Assembly (NCBI RefSeq): GCF_963921235.1
Contig: NC_086108.1
Span: 16,554,001 to 16,618,000, forward strand
Length of the DNA: 64,000 nucleotides
Direction: 5' to 3'
Source of the DNA: Mobula hypostoma
Lineage: Eukaryota
Part shown: piece after piece, positions 14,801 to 26,270 of the stretch
Layout: the number at the start of each line of letters is the position of its first letter
Position numbering within the stretch: position 1 is the stretch's first letter
Translations under genes and position numbers: made by a program
The notes under the pieces: model-generated
What the model saw: the letters and a program-made list of their open reading frames with translations, nothing else
Database searches by the model: none
What the model was told of the DNA's origin: nothing

Positions 14801-17800
14801 ATGATACTTCTTGTCTTTCCTAGCTTTTTTCTGCACAAGGCACAGACCTAGTTCAAACCGATTTAGTGGTTCAGATTTAATCAGCCCTTGCCAGCATTAC
14901 TGCAACTGTATAAATGTGCCTTTGCCCACAGTGAAATTAGAGATTTGCTTTAAGGAGGATCTTATTGAAAACTTCCAAAAACGCAGTCCCCCTGTTTATG
15001 TAACTGTCAGAAACAGGTTTTGGATCTCCAAATCTCTTTTGCATACAGTTTTTCCGTTCCTGTGAAGAATTAGCAAAATAAGTGTTTGTGCTCACTCAAA
15101 AATCAACATTAGTGCAATACTAGTACAGGTTGTGTCTGATTCATAACGGTCCACTTATGCTATATACAGGCTTCTCATATGGTCCACAAGGTTTGATCTT
15201 TTTTTCCAGCCAGAGGTGGGAAGAGGAGGAAGATGGATATTTGAAAATCAAATTCAGAATAAAACATAACCAATGTTTTGTCACTTTTGTGTCAGTTATT
15301 CATTCTGCATTACAATTATATTTAGCAAAATCACATTGATAAAGAAGAATTATGAAAGAAAAAGAAATATGGGATTCTGGGATGACGACATTCATAACTA
15401 GATTGTGAAAATGATTTGAACCAAGTTGCTTTCAAACAAGGACAGATAATGGATGAATATCAATAAAATAGTGGATGCTAGAAATCTGAAATGAAAATAG
15501 AAAAAGCTGGAAACACTCAGCAGGTCAGGTAGCATTAGTGGGAAAGACAAAGGCCTGAAGGTTAACTCTTTTTCTTTCCACAGATGCTGCCTGACCTGCT
15601 GGGTATTTACTGTTGTTACATCAAATAATGGATATTCAGTGCTAATAGTAACACTGAACCTATTCTTGGTACTTGCTTCATTCACACTCAAGTTGGAAGT
15701 GCAATGCAGTTCTAATACCAGTTACTCAGCACACCACCATGGGCAACTCATTTCCCTGTGTATTTTCTCAGGAAAATAAAGCTCCTTTATATCTCTGTCT
15801 TCTCCATTTTTTAAATTAAAACTTAGATTGCCTATCCCAATCTAAACTCCCTGTGTTGTTGAACGATAGAAAACTTGGCTCACCAATGAGGGATCATGTC
15901 TAATGTGACCACTACCTAACTCTGCCCTGATTTCAAACAGATCCAGCCACAATGGGGACCAACTCCATTAAGAAAAAGCTTGCATTGGAAGTGGTCCAGT
16001 AACATGAAAGGAGCAGCAGAGGTTGCCTATGTTTGTACCGTGAAACCACTTTAAACTCATTTCCCGAGGCATCAAACCTCAAGGTTTACATTGGGCCTAT
16101 TTACTCTCTTTTTTTTTGTAGGTGCTAAAATGTAATTGAATTGCATCCATTTTCCATACACTTTATTAAAAGGCAACAGGAATGTGAAATTCTGTACAAA
16201 AGTTAGCTACTTTTGCAAAATGAAATATGGGTGAATGTTGTGACATGCGCTGGAGAATGAAATTTGGAAAGCTTTTATTTTGCCATTATTCTGTCTATGA
16301 ATAATTCATTAATAAAATGCTTCAACTTCTAGCTCCAAGTGTATGTGCTTGGCTATGCTGTTTTGGAAGGCAGTCCTGTGTCCAAGTGAGTCAAACCCAG
16401 TGCTCCTTTTGCATTAGTAGCTTCCTCCATTCCACAACAACAGCTTGCATTTTCAGCATACTGTAAATCACTCCTTAACCAGGCAGGATCAGCAAACATG
16501 TTGAGTGCTCTGACACAGAGCAAAACCTGATGGAGGTCCAAGATCAGGCACACTCTTACCTTGATCTCCTTTGCATGCCAAGGATCTTGTCCTTTGTTAT
16601 AATGGAGCCCACTTAAGACTATGTCAGAAGAAAGCTAATATTACATGGTAATTTCTGAATGTCCCAATTCAGCTAAATCAACTATATTAAAAACAGAAAC
16701 CTCTGTTAAAATCAAGTAGATGGAATGAATTCAGAACATGACATGAACCATCACTGAGCACTACACAACTTCTTCATTGTGAACTTTTGCTGTGGCACAC
16801 ATTATTAATGAATTCTAAACCTGACATATACAGCAATGTTTGGCACAGATAATAAATAGGACAACTATCCCTTTAAAATAATACACCACATTAAAATCGC
16901 TCTAGCATTGGCCAACTGAACTAGATCTTAAGGTGGCTCCACTGAACTATACAACTAAGGGGCTGTGTAATCACTTACATTGTCGTCGGCCTATGTTACT
17001 GGAGTAATTTGATGTGAATTTCTGTAGTTTGGAGAGGAAGGACAGCTTTATGAAAGACAGCACTGACCATTCCAGGGAAATGTTCCTCATGCAAGTCAAC
17101 ATTCCCATTGCTACAACAGGCTGGGTTATTAGCAGCTTTCAGGAGTGGCGCAAGCAATTGAAAAAAAAAATCCAAATCCTATCAATGATGGATTACATCT
17201 ATGCACTGAGAGAAACCATTTACTTGATATTAAACCTTTGGTAAAATCAGAAATATTACTAATGCTGAACTTGTGAAAATTTAAAGCAATTGTTTTCTGG
17301 GATATGTAAGCTTGACTGATAGAAAATTCTGAAATGAATAATTTCTTTTAAAATCTCCTGTTGTCACTGGCTTTAGATATGACTTATAAATAACGCAAGC
17401 ACATTTTGTAGCATCTGTAAAGTTATTTTTGCCAGCTATTATGGATATCTTGCAGCATTTGGAATGTAGCCTGGTGATCTGTGTTGGATGCAGGACTCTG
17501 CATTTGATAGCTCTGTGGGATCTGCCGCCTAGAAAACTTTGAAGTGCTCTTAATAAAGATGTTTTGCTTCCTTGCAACAGGAAATCTGATCACTGACCAA
17601 AACAGAAAAAAAAGTTCAACGAACATTGAGACTAAATTCTGCATCAACGTACAGGGCAGAAATTTCTCTCATAAATAATATGAATATTTCTGATAGGAAC
17701 AGAACAAATGCATATCAAAATTATTTTTTAAACACCATAACTTCACGTAGGAAGTACAATTAATTGCACTTTCCCTGCAAGTGCAACCAGGGCCATGAGC

Positions 17801-18116
17801 TGGTTAAAAAGATTTGAAGAACCCAGCTAAAACCAGCCCTAGCTATATGGAGCCTGAGAGAGAGAAAATAATACAAGACAAAACAAAAAAAATTGGTACT
17901 TTTCAGCTCTGAGTCTTTTCCATTTGATTTGATCCATGTGGATATGTTCTGTCTGTTGTAAAATTGTTCTTTACAACCTTCTTGAGTCGGTTTAAATATA
18001 TTAAAACAAAGGAAGAAAAATGGAATTGAGTCTGTTGCCACATGTGCTGGCAGATTGTGATCAGTGCCCGGTAGAACTGGAACGTGTGAAGGACAGTGCA
18101 CGCTCACTGCTGACTT
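8880..18116 (-). other. Probable long XPR1 3' UTR / repeat-poor downstream region (end uncertain)
   Basis: AT-rich, almost transposon-free sequence directly after the stop codon. Minus-strand AATAAA candidates at 16167-16162 and 8907-8902, the latter followed by a U-rich tract. Confidence 0.4.
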
Positions 18117-18177
18117 TCATGTGTATGCTTCATCATCTGTGTCTTCAATTAACACGGCTGCATCACGGGGTTTCACT
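18117..18177 (-). CDS. XPR1: XPR1 terminal coding exon: (L)VKPRDAAVLIEDTDDEAYT*
   Basis: Found by manual translation (too short for the ORF track). Acceptor ctttctaacccacag; resembles the mammalian C-terminus KARDTKVLIEDTDDEANT; TGA at 18119-18117. Confidence 0.93.
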
Positions 18178-18399
18178 CTGTGGGTTAGAAAGTGGTAAAC
18201 GTAAAAATTAAGACATGAACTCACAATACAAACCAAATCACTTACCTGCACCCAAGCTAACCTCCATTAAGCTGCTGCAGCTGCCCTTTTACAGCCCTTG
18301 GTCCTGGATTCTCTCATGTCTACACTTTTGATACTTTTCACACCAGGAGTAGTGTACCAAAGGTTCTAAAGGCTTCATATAAATTCCTTGTTGTTCTTC

Positions 18400-19170
18400 A
18401 GATGATACCAGAATTTTACTTTTTTTTAAAGCTTTCAGGTCACTCTTATAGCTGTCCTGTTCTGCTTTGACCCATAGTAGCCTCTATCTTAAAACTTATC
18501 TATGGATAACACCAAAGACTGAACCTGTACTGGTTCTCACCCAATAATCTGAGGTGATTGTGTTTGAACTGCAGTACTACCAAACTACTTGCCTTTATAA
18601 CTGTTTCCTGCACCTTGTGTTAGCTTCCAATGATTAGTGTTAAAGAACACTCAGATTCTTAACAACTCCCACTTCATCACTTAAATAACTGCCAGGGTTT
18701 CTGTTTTTCATAACAAGGTGGATAACCACATTTATCAAAGTAATACTGTGTCTGCCATGTGATTGCCCTCCTACTCAACTCATCTAGATTGCCTTCTTTG
18801 CATCCGCCTCACAACCATTATACTGTAGTATTCTGCGTTGTTACTTCCTTCATCTGGATTATTGGTATACATTGTGAATAACCGGGAATCACGCATTGAT
18901 TCCTATGGCATTCCTCTAGTCATGGCCTGCCACCTTATAAAAGATCCTGTTATTCCTATTCTGTTTCCTGTCCCTCGACCAAATTTCAATCCATGCCAAT
19001 ATATTTTGCCCAGTCTCATATACCTTAATTTTGCACACTAAGTTCTTATGCAGAACTCTATTAAAGGCCTTTTGAAAATCCAAATACACTACATCCACTG
19101 GTCTCATACATTCTACTACTTGCATACTCGAAAAACTCCAGTAAATTTGTCAAATGATTTTCCTTTCATA
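18400..19170 (-). mobile_element. Decayed CR1 fragment
   Basis: ORF 18916-19125 contains VDVVYLDFQKAF. Confidence 0.7.
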
Positions 19171-20850
19171 AATTGATGTCCAAAGTTGAAAATTCAAAGT
19201 AAATTTATTATCAAAGGACATACAGTATACGCCACTATATACTACCTTACGATATATTTTCTTTCAAACATCCACAGTAGAATAAACAAATACAAAAAGA
19301 GTCTTTGAAAGTGAGTCCATAGGTTGTGGAATCAGTTCTGAGTTAAGGTGAATGAAATTACCCACCCTGGCTCAGGAGCCTGATTGTTGAAGTACTCCTG
19401 AACCTGGTGCTGTGGGAACTAAGGGTCCTATACCTTCTTCCCAATGGCAATAGTAAAAAGAGCCTGGATAGTGGGTGTCCTTGATGATGGATGCTGCTTT
19501 CTTGTGGCAACACACCTTGTAGATGTGCTCAATGGTGGGGAGGGCTTTTCCTGTGATGGACTGGGCTGTATCCACCACTTTTTGTAAGCTTTTCTGTTCT
19601 TGGGGATTGATGTTTCCATACCAGGCTGTGATGCAACCAGTCAAGATATTCTTCATTGTGTATTAACAGAGATTTGTCTAAGTTTTAGATGACATGCTGA
19701 ACTTGCACAACTTCTAAGAAAATAGCAGTGTTGTTGTGCTTTTTTTTGTGATGGCACTTACTGTACCGGTTCCTCTGATATGACAATGACAAGGTATTTA
19801 ACGTTACTGACCCTCTCCACCTCTGATAGCTTAATGGGCACTGGCTCATCAACCCCCAATTTCTTCCTCCTGTAGTCAATAATGAACTGTCTGGTTTTGC
19901 TGATGTTGGTTGTTGTTCTGGCATCATTCAACCAGAGTTTCAATCTCCTTCCAAAATGCTGATTCATCACTACCTTTGATTCAGCCAACAAAAGTGGTGT
20001 TGTCAGCAAACTTAAGTAAGGCATTGGAGCTTACTTAATCAAGCAGTCATAGGTATAAAGTGAGTAGAGCACGGGGCTAAGCACAAAACCTTATGGTGTA
20101 TCTTGCTGATGGAGATTATGGAGACATTGTTGCCAATCTGTACCAATTGGGGTCTGCAAGTGAGGAAATAGAGGATCCAGTTGTACAGAGAAGTATCGAG
20201 GCCTAGGTCTTGGAGCTTAGTGTTTAGTTTCGAGGGGATGATAGTGTTGAATGCTGAGCTGTAGTTAATGGAGAGTATCTTGATATACTTCTTTGTCCAG
20301 ATGTTCAAGAGGAGATTGAAAAGCCAGTGAAATGGCATCTGCTGTTGACCTGTTGCGACAGTAGGCAAACTGGAACAGATCCAAGAGACTCCTCAGGCAC
20401 GATTCGATATGTTTCAGGATCAACCTCTCAAAGCACTTCATAACAGTGGATGCAGGAGCTACTGACAATAGTCATTGAGGCAGGTATGACTGAAGCCTGC
20501 TTGATGCAGATCGGTACCTCAGGCTGCAGAAGTGAGAGGTTAAAGATATCAGTAAACACTCCAGCCAATTGATTAGCACAGGTTTACAGTCCTTGGCCAG
20601 GTACACCACCTAGGAAAGATACTTTCTGTGGGTTCACCATCCCGAAGGATGCTCTCATATCAGCTTCAGAGATTGCGATCATAGGGTTGTTGAGGGCTGT
20701 AGGGGTTTGTGAAAGTACCTCCATGTTCTGTCGGTCAAAGGGAGTATAAAAGGTATTGAGCCCATCTGGGAGTGGAAACCTTGTTGTTATTTATGTTGCT
20801 TGGTTTGGCTTTGTAGGAGCTGATGGCATTCAAGCTCTGCCATAGCTATT
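19170..20850 (-). mobile_element. Decayed Rex1/Babar LINE
   Basis: Fragments [39 protein letters not shown]. Confidence 0.85.
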
Positions 20851-21800
20851 GAGAATCAGAATAAGATTTATTATTACCGGCGTGTGACATGAAATTTGTT
20901 AACTTAGTAGCAGCAATTCAATGCAATACATAATATAGAAGAAAAAGTAATAAAATAATAATAATAAGTAAATCTTATTCAGTATACTTTATACAGCATA
21001 TGTATATTGAATAGATTAAAAAATTGTGCAAAAACAGAAACACTATATATTAAAAAAAAGTGAGTTAGTGTCCCAGGGTTCAATGTCTATTTAGAAATTG
21101 GATGGCAGAGGGGAAGAAGCTGTTCCTGAATCACTGAGTGTGTGCCTTCAGGCTTCTGTACCTCCTACCTGATGGTAACAGTGAGAAAAGGGCATGCCCT
21201 GGGTGCTGGAGGTCCTTAATAATGGACGCTGCCTTTCTGAGACACTGCCCCCTAAAGATGTCCTGGGTACTTTGTAGGCCAGTACTCAAGATGGAGCTGA
21301 CTAAATTTACAACCCTCTGCAGCTTCTTTCAGTCCTGTGCAGTAGCCTCTCCACCCCCCAATACCAGACAGTGATGCAGCTTGTCAGAATGCTCTCCATG
21401 GCACGTCTATAGAAGTTTTTGAGTGTATTTGTTGACATACCACATCTCTTCAAACTCCTAATAAAGTATAGCCATTGTCTTGCCTTCTTTATAACTGCAT
21501 CAATATGTTGGGACCAGGTTAGATCCTCAGAGATCTTGAAACCCAGGAAACTGCTCACTCTCTCCACTTCTGATCCCTCTATGAGGACTGGTATGTGTTC
21601 CGTCCACAATCAGCTCTTTCGTCTTACTGACGTTGAGTGCCAGGTTGTTGCTGCAGCACCACTCCACTAGTTGGCATACCTCACTCCTGGACACCCTCTC
21701 GTCACCCCTGAGATTCTACCAACAATGGTTATATCATCAGCAAATTTATAGATGGTACTTGAGCTATGTCTAGCCATATAGTCATGGGTACATAGAAAGT

Positions 21801-21951
21801 GCTATCCCTCCCTGACACCCCAAAGGTTAGTCCACCTTTGGTCCCCACCTGGCACTCAGCTCTCACCTGTGGCTCCCCGTAGCTGTTTGCATGCGACAGC
21901 GGCCACACCCCGGGCAACGGCTTCGACAAGCTGGCTAAACCAGGTGAGGGT
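21801..21951 (+). ncRNA. HDV-like self-cleaving ribozyme (variant; P1 5' strand inverted in this copy)
   Basis: P2 ctcacctg/caggtgag; P3 ggc/gcc; L3 tccccgt; 7-nt P1' acacccc; P1.1 gg; gcaa; P4 cggctt-cgac-aagctg; J4/2 gctaa with catalytic-position C21935. Confidence 0.7.
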
Positions 21952-22330
21952 AGCCGACGGGTCTCAAACCCTCGGTGAGATAGGGAGTTGTCTATCCCAG
22001 CATGTGAAGACAGACTCCGGCGGATTGAGCAGACGAGACCAATGGAAGGTCCAACGGTCAAGAAGGCGGTCTCTGCAAGCGTCGCGGAACGTGTAGAGCA
22101 GGACAAGACACAGAAGGTGACCTGGTCATCCACTGTGCCTAGTCCCATCTCCAGCCGTCTAGACTCTGTCTTGCCACTGGACCCAGATGGGAATTGGGAA
22201 GAGAGAGTGAGGCTGACGCTGCGCAACTCTCCCTCACTTAAATCCAAATCACGCGCTAGTCTCGACAACATCATTATGGTGTCGAGGTCCTCATCGACAT
22301 CAATGATGGACGAACAACAACAACAACAAC
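21801..22330 (+). mobile_element. Short non-autonomous retroposon (probably RTE-derived) with HDV-like ribozyme head, inverted 5' terminus and (CAA)n tail
   Basis: Inserted in Rex1 with ~11-bp TSD acatagaaagt/atatagagagt (2 mismatches); CpG-rich; (CAA)6 tail; no recognisable protein. Confidence 0.75.
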
Positions 22331-24796
22331 ATATAGAGAGTAGAGCAGTGAGCTAAGCTCACACCCGAAGTGCACCAGTGTTGATCGTCAGCGAGGAGGA
22401 GATGTTATCAGCACATCGCACAGATTGTGGTCTTCTGGTTAGGAAGTCGAGGATCCAATTGCAGAGGAAGGTACAGAGGCCCAGGTTCTGCAATTTCTCA
22501 ATCAGGATTGTGGGAATGATGGTGTTAAATGCTGAGCGTTAGTCGATGAGTAGCATCCCAACAGAGGTGTTTGTGCTGTCCAAGTGGTCTAAAGCCGCAT
22601 GGAGAGCGATTGAGATTGCATCTGCCATCGACCTATTGTTGAGCATCCTTCTGTGATTCAATTTTGGTCTGGAATTGCCACCACATGTGAGATAGCTTTC
22701 TGAGGTTAGACCTGGATTTCTTGTACTTTCCTGGATTGCCAGTCCTGAACACCATCGATCCAGCTATCAGCAGGCTGTGGATCTCGTCTCATCCAGTGCT
22801 TCTGGATGGGGAAGACGTTTAACGATTTTGTGAGGATTCAAGTGTCTTTATGAAGTCTGTGACAACCATGGCGTATTCATTCAGGTCCTCTGATAAATCC
22901 TTCAACATGTCCCAGTGCAATGACTCAAACAATCCCATCATTGTGCCTCTGTCTTTCACAACTACCTCTCTGATGTCTTGCTCTTTACCCTCTGCCTGTA
23001 TGCAGGTAGGAGGAGGACAGCTAGATGATCAGATTTCCTGAAATATGGTCTAGAGATGGAACTGTAGGCATTTTTGATGGTAGTTTAGCAACGATTGAAT
23101 GTGTTACATGCTCTGGTGCTGCAGATGATGGTAAAAGGGCAGAGACCTCTTCAAGTAGTCTGATTGTAGTCCCCAGCTTTATATGAAAGGTGTCAGGATA
23201 AGCTGTTTCTTGTTTGATAATCATGCTACTCAATACATCAAGTGCTGGGACCAGGATCATAACAGAGAACTCTCAGTAAGTAGAACAGTCAGCACTTAAT
23301 CAGTAGATAAACCAGGTCAGGAGAACAAGAGTGAGACTACACTGCTACATCTGAGCACCACGATGTTTTTTACTTTGTCTAATTCCATTAATAATTTCTA
23401 AGTGTTATCACATCCTTGCTTGTAGATTTTAGTATTTTCCTTATTTTTGATGTTTGGCTAACCAGGATGCAGTTTCCTGTTCCCTCCTTTTAAACAGAGT
23501 GGCTACATTTGGCACACACTAATTTGCAGGAGCCATGCACAACCCATGAAAATTTGGGAGATGTCAACCAACGTATATACTAGCCTTTTCAGTATTCCGA
23601 GATACATTTTATCAGGTCCTGGGGATTTATCAGCATTTGATCCTATTAGTTTCTCCAGCAGTTTAAAAAAAAAACTAATACCGGTTTTACTCCTTTCTAA
23701 ACGATTTTTGGTTTTCAATCATTTCTGGGAAGTTATTTCTGTTCTTTGAGAGGGCAGAAGGCATAATCAAAGTATTTGTTAACTGGTTCTTCTCTTCCTT
23801 ATTATACAATTCCCTGTTACTGCTTTGAGGACACTACAATTTTCTTTTCTTCATTATAACTTTACAGTTCAAATTTAACATTCTTTTTGAGTTTTGCTTT
23901 TGCTTTCCTAGTCAGTCTCTTTCATCACTTTTGCTGAAGTCTAAACTGCTGCCATTCCTCGGAGTTAGCAGTTTCGCTAGCAACAACATAAGACTCCTTT
24001 CGAAATCCAGCATTTTTGTTAGCCATATTTGGGTTATTATTTCTTTTATGTTGCTACACCAGAAAGGTATGTATAAATATTGCAGTGTATTCATTTGCAC
24101 TCACTCATGGCTTGTGACATAATTTCATCAACTTTCACTGAGCTTATTCAGCTGCTTGTGCAAAATCATCAAGGATATAAATCTACAGAGAATTGTGTAC
24201 AAGAGCCAGGGTAAACCACAATGTTTAAATTTGAGAGGGAAACTAGTCAGGGTATGAGTGAAGTGACAAAGCTTATAGTGCATAAACATTGACAGATTGT
24301 TGCATTTGTAGGAAAATGGAGAGATCAAAGACAGAAGCTGAGAATTCTCCTCATGGATGTGGTACACTATATGTTTAAACATGTGAAGGACTGGGATGGA
24401 AGGAGGCTGAGTAAGGATAGCAGTGACCCATACTGCTGCTGTGAAACTAGGGAACAGTAGTCTACTTCCTACAAAAGTAACACTTTCATCAGGTCACTGA
24501 CCATTTTTGATGAGAAAGCATTGATGACACTCAAAAGCAACATTCATAACAACAGTCTGGATTTCAACTTACAGATGTCTCAAATGCTGCAGGTGCTCAT
24601 TCAAATCAGCTGCTCAGTGTCAGTTGCAAGTGACTACTATTCTGATACAAAAGAGTCTTTCTATCATCCATAACAGGACAAGTCAGAAGTGCGATCGAAT
24701 ACACTTCACCTGCCGGATGACTACAGCTCCGACAACACCAAAGGTACCACCCGGGCCACAGCAGTCTAATTGATAAGCAACCCATCCACCTCCTTA

Positions 24797-25384
24797 ACAC
24801 CTACGCTCTGTTCGCCAGAGAAAGCAGGATCTCCCAGTAGCTGCACATTTTAATTCCACGTCCCATTCCCATTCTGATATGTCTATCCACGGCCTCCTCT
24901 ACTGTCAAGATGAAGCCACACTCAGGTTGGAGGAACAACACCTTATATTCCGTCTGGGTAGCCTCCAACCTGATGGCATGAACACTGACTTCTCTAACTT
25001 CCGTTAATGCCCCACCTCCCCTTCGTACCCCATCCATTATTTATTTATTATATATATATATTTTTTTTCCCTCTCTGTCCCTCTCACTATACTCCTTGCC
25101 CATCCTCTGGGATTCCCCTCTCCCTCTTTCTTTCTCCCTAGGCCTCCCGTCCCAGGATCCTCTCATATCTCTTTTGCCAATCAACATTCCAGCTCTTAGC
25201 TTCATCCCTCCCCCTCCTGACTTCTCCTATCATTTTGGATCTCCCCCTCCCCCTTTCAAATTTCTTACCATCTCTTCTTTCAGTTAGTCCTGATGAAGGG
25301 TCTCGGCCCGAAACGTCGACTGTACCTCTTTCTATAGATGCTGCCTGGCCTGCTGCATTCACCAGCAATTTTTATGTGTGTTGC
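24797..25384 (+). mobile_element. Penelope-like element 3' end (GIY-YIG C-terminus plus terminal repeat with hammerhead)
   Basis: Translates to ...HFNSTSHSHSDMSIHGLLYCQDEATLRLEEQHLIFRLGSLQPDGMN; highly similar to 38741-39389. Confidence 0.85.
25285..25322 (+). ncRNA. Minimal type I hammerhead ribozyme
   Basis: tagtc-CTGATGA-a-gggtctcggccc-GAAA-cg-TC-gactg: stem I tagtc/gactg, stem II, palindromic minimal stem III. Predicted cut after C25317. Confidence 0.8.
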
Positions 25385-25646
25385 ACCTCCTTACATATTA
25401 ATTAACTTACCACCATCACTCGATTGTGGCTTTTGTATGAACATACACCACAGTTATTCACTAAGGTAATTTTATTTGACTACATCTACCAAAGTCACAA
25501 TCTCTATCCCTTCATCTCCTGAAGATCACAGCTCCCTGCTGTGATATTCCTAACCAAGCTGAGCTGTGACAAAAGGAGTTATATGGAAAGCACATCTGAA
25601 AGGAATAGTACAAAGCGAAAGCAGATTTTAACAGTTAGTGTATCGA

Positions 25647-26270
25647 CGAAGGGTGATTGATAAGTTCGTGGCCTAAGGTAGAAGGCGTCAATTTTAGAAA
25701 ACTCAGCACATTTATTTTTCCCCCATTTACACACTTACTCCAGCGGTCGTGGAGCATACGGATCCCTTCTTTGTAGAAGTCAGCAGCTTGGACCTCCAGA
25801 AAGTGGTCCACAGCAGGGGTGATTGATGAGTTTGTGGCCCAAGGTAGAAGGTGATGAGTTATTAACTTCAGACTTTCTGCATTTTCACTCAAAGAGTTGA
25901 ACTGCACGTGCCTGTAACAAGAGCTGTATAACTCATCTCCTTCTACCCAAGGCCACGGACTTATCAATCACCCCTGTTGTGGACCACCTGGAGGTCCAAG
26001 AAGTTCTTGTTATATGCATGTGCAGTTCAACTCTTTGAGTGATAATGCAGAAAGCTTGAAGTTAATAACTCATCTCCTTCTACCTTAGACCACGAACTTA
26101 TCAATCACCCCTGCTGTGGACCACTTCTACAAAGAAGGGATCCATATGCTCCACGACCGCTGGGCTAAGTGTGTACATGTAGGTGGGGACTATGTTGAAA
26201 AACAAATGTGCTAGGTTTTCTAAAATTAACTCCTTCTACTTTAGGCCATGAACTTATCAATCACCCCTCA
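25647..26270. mobile_element. Palindromic (foldback) mariner-derived MITE with five TIR-like copies
   Basis: TIR ggggtgattgataagttcgtggcctaaggtagaagg at both ends and three times internally; transposase C-terminal remnant FYKEGIRMLHDRW.KCV; TA at the right flank. Confidence 0.85.

Larger units (their letters stand above)
20853..22640 (-). mobile_element. Rex1/Babar LINE 3' portion, interrupted at 21801-22330
   Basis: ISEDLTWSQHID..IKKARQ.LYF.R.L and ESILTSCITVWY motifs; tail reads gaatca-type repeat on the plus strand. Confidence 0.85.

Noticed and set aside
18240..18250. Consensus donor CAG|gtaagt just upstream of the terminal exon acceptor
   Set aside because: No convincing upstream acceptor or XPR1-like coding frame; unsupported without RNA data.
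21729..22356. 181-aa and 122-aa ORFs over the short retroposon
   Set aside because: GC-rich open frames with no recognisable motifs; the poly-Q is just the CAA tail.
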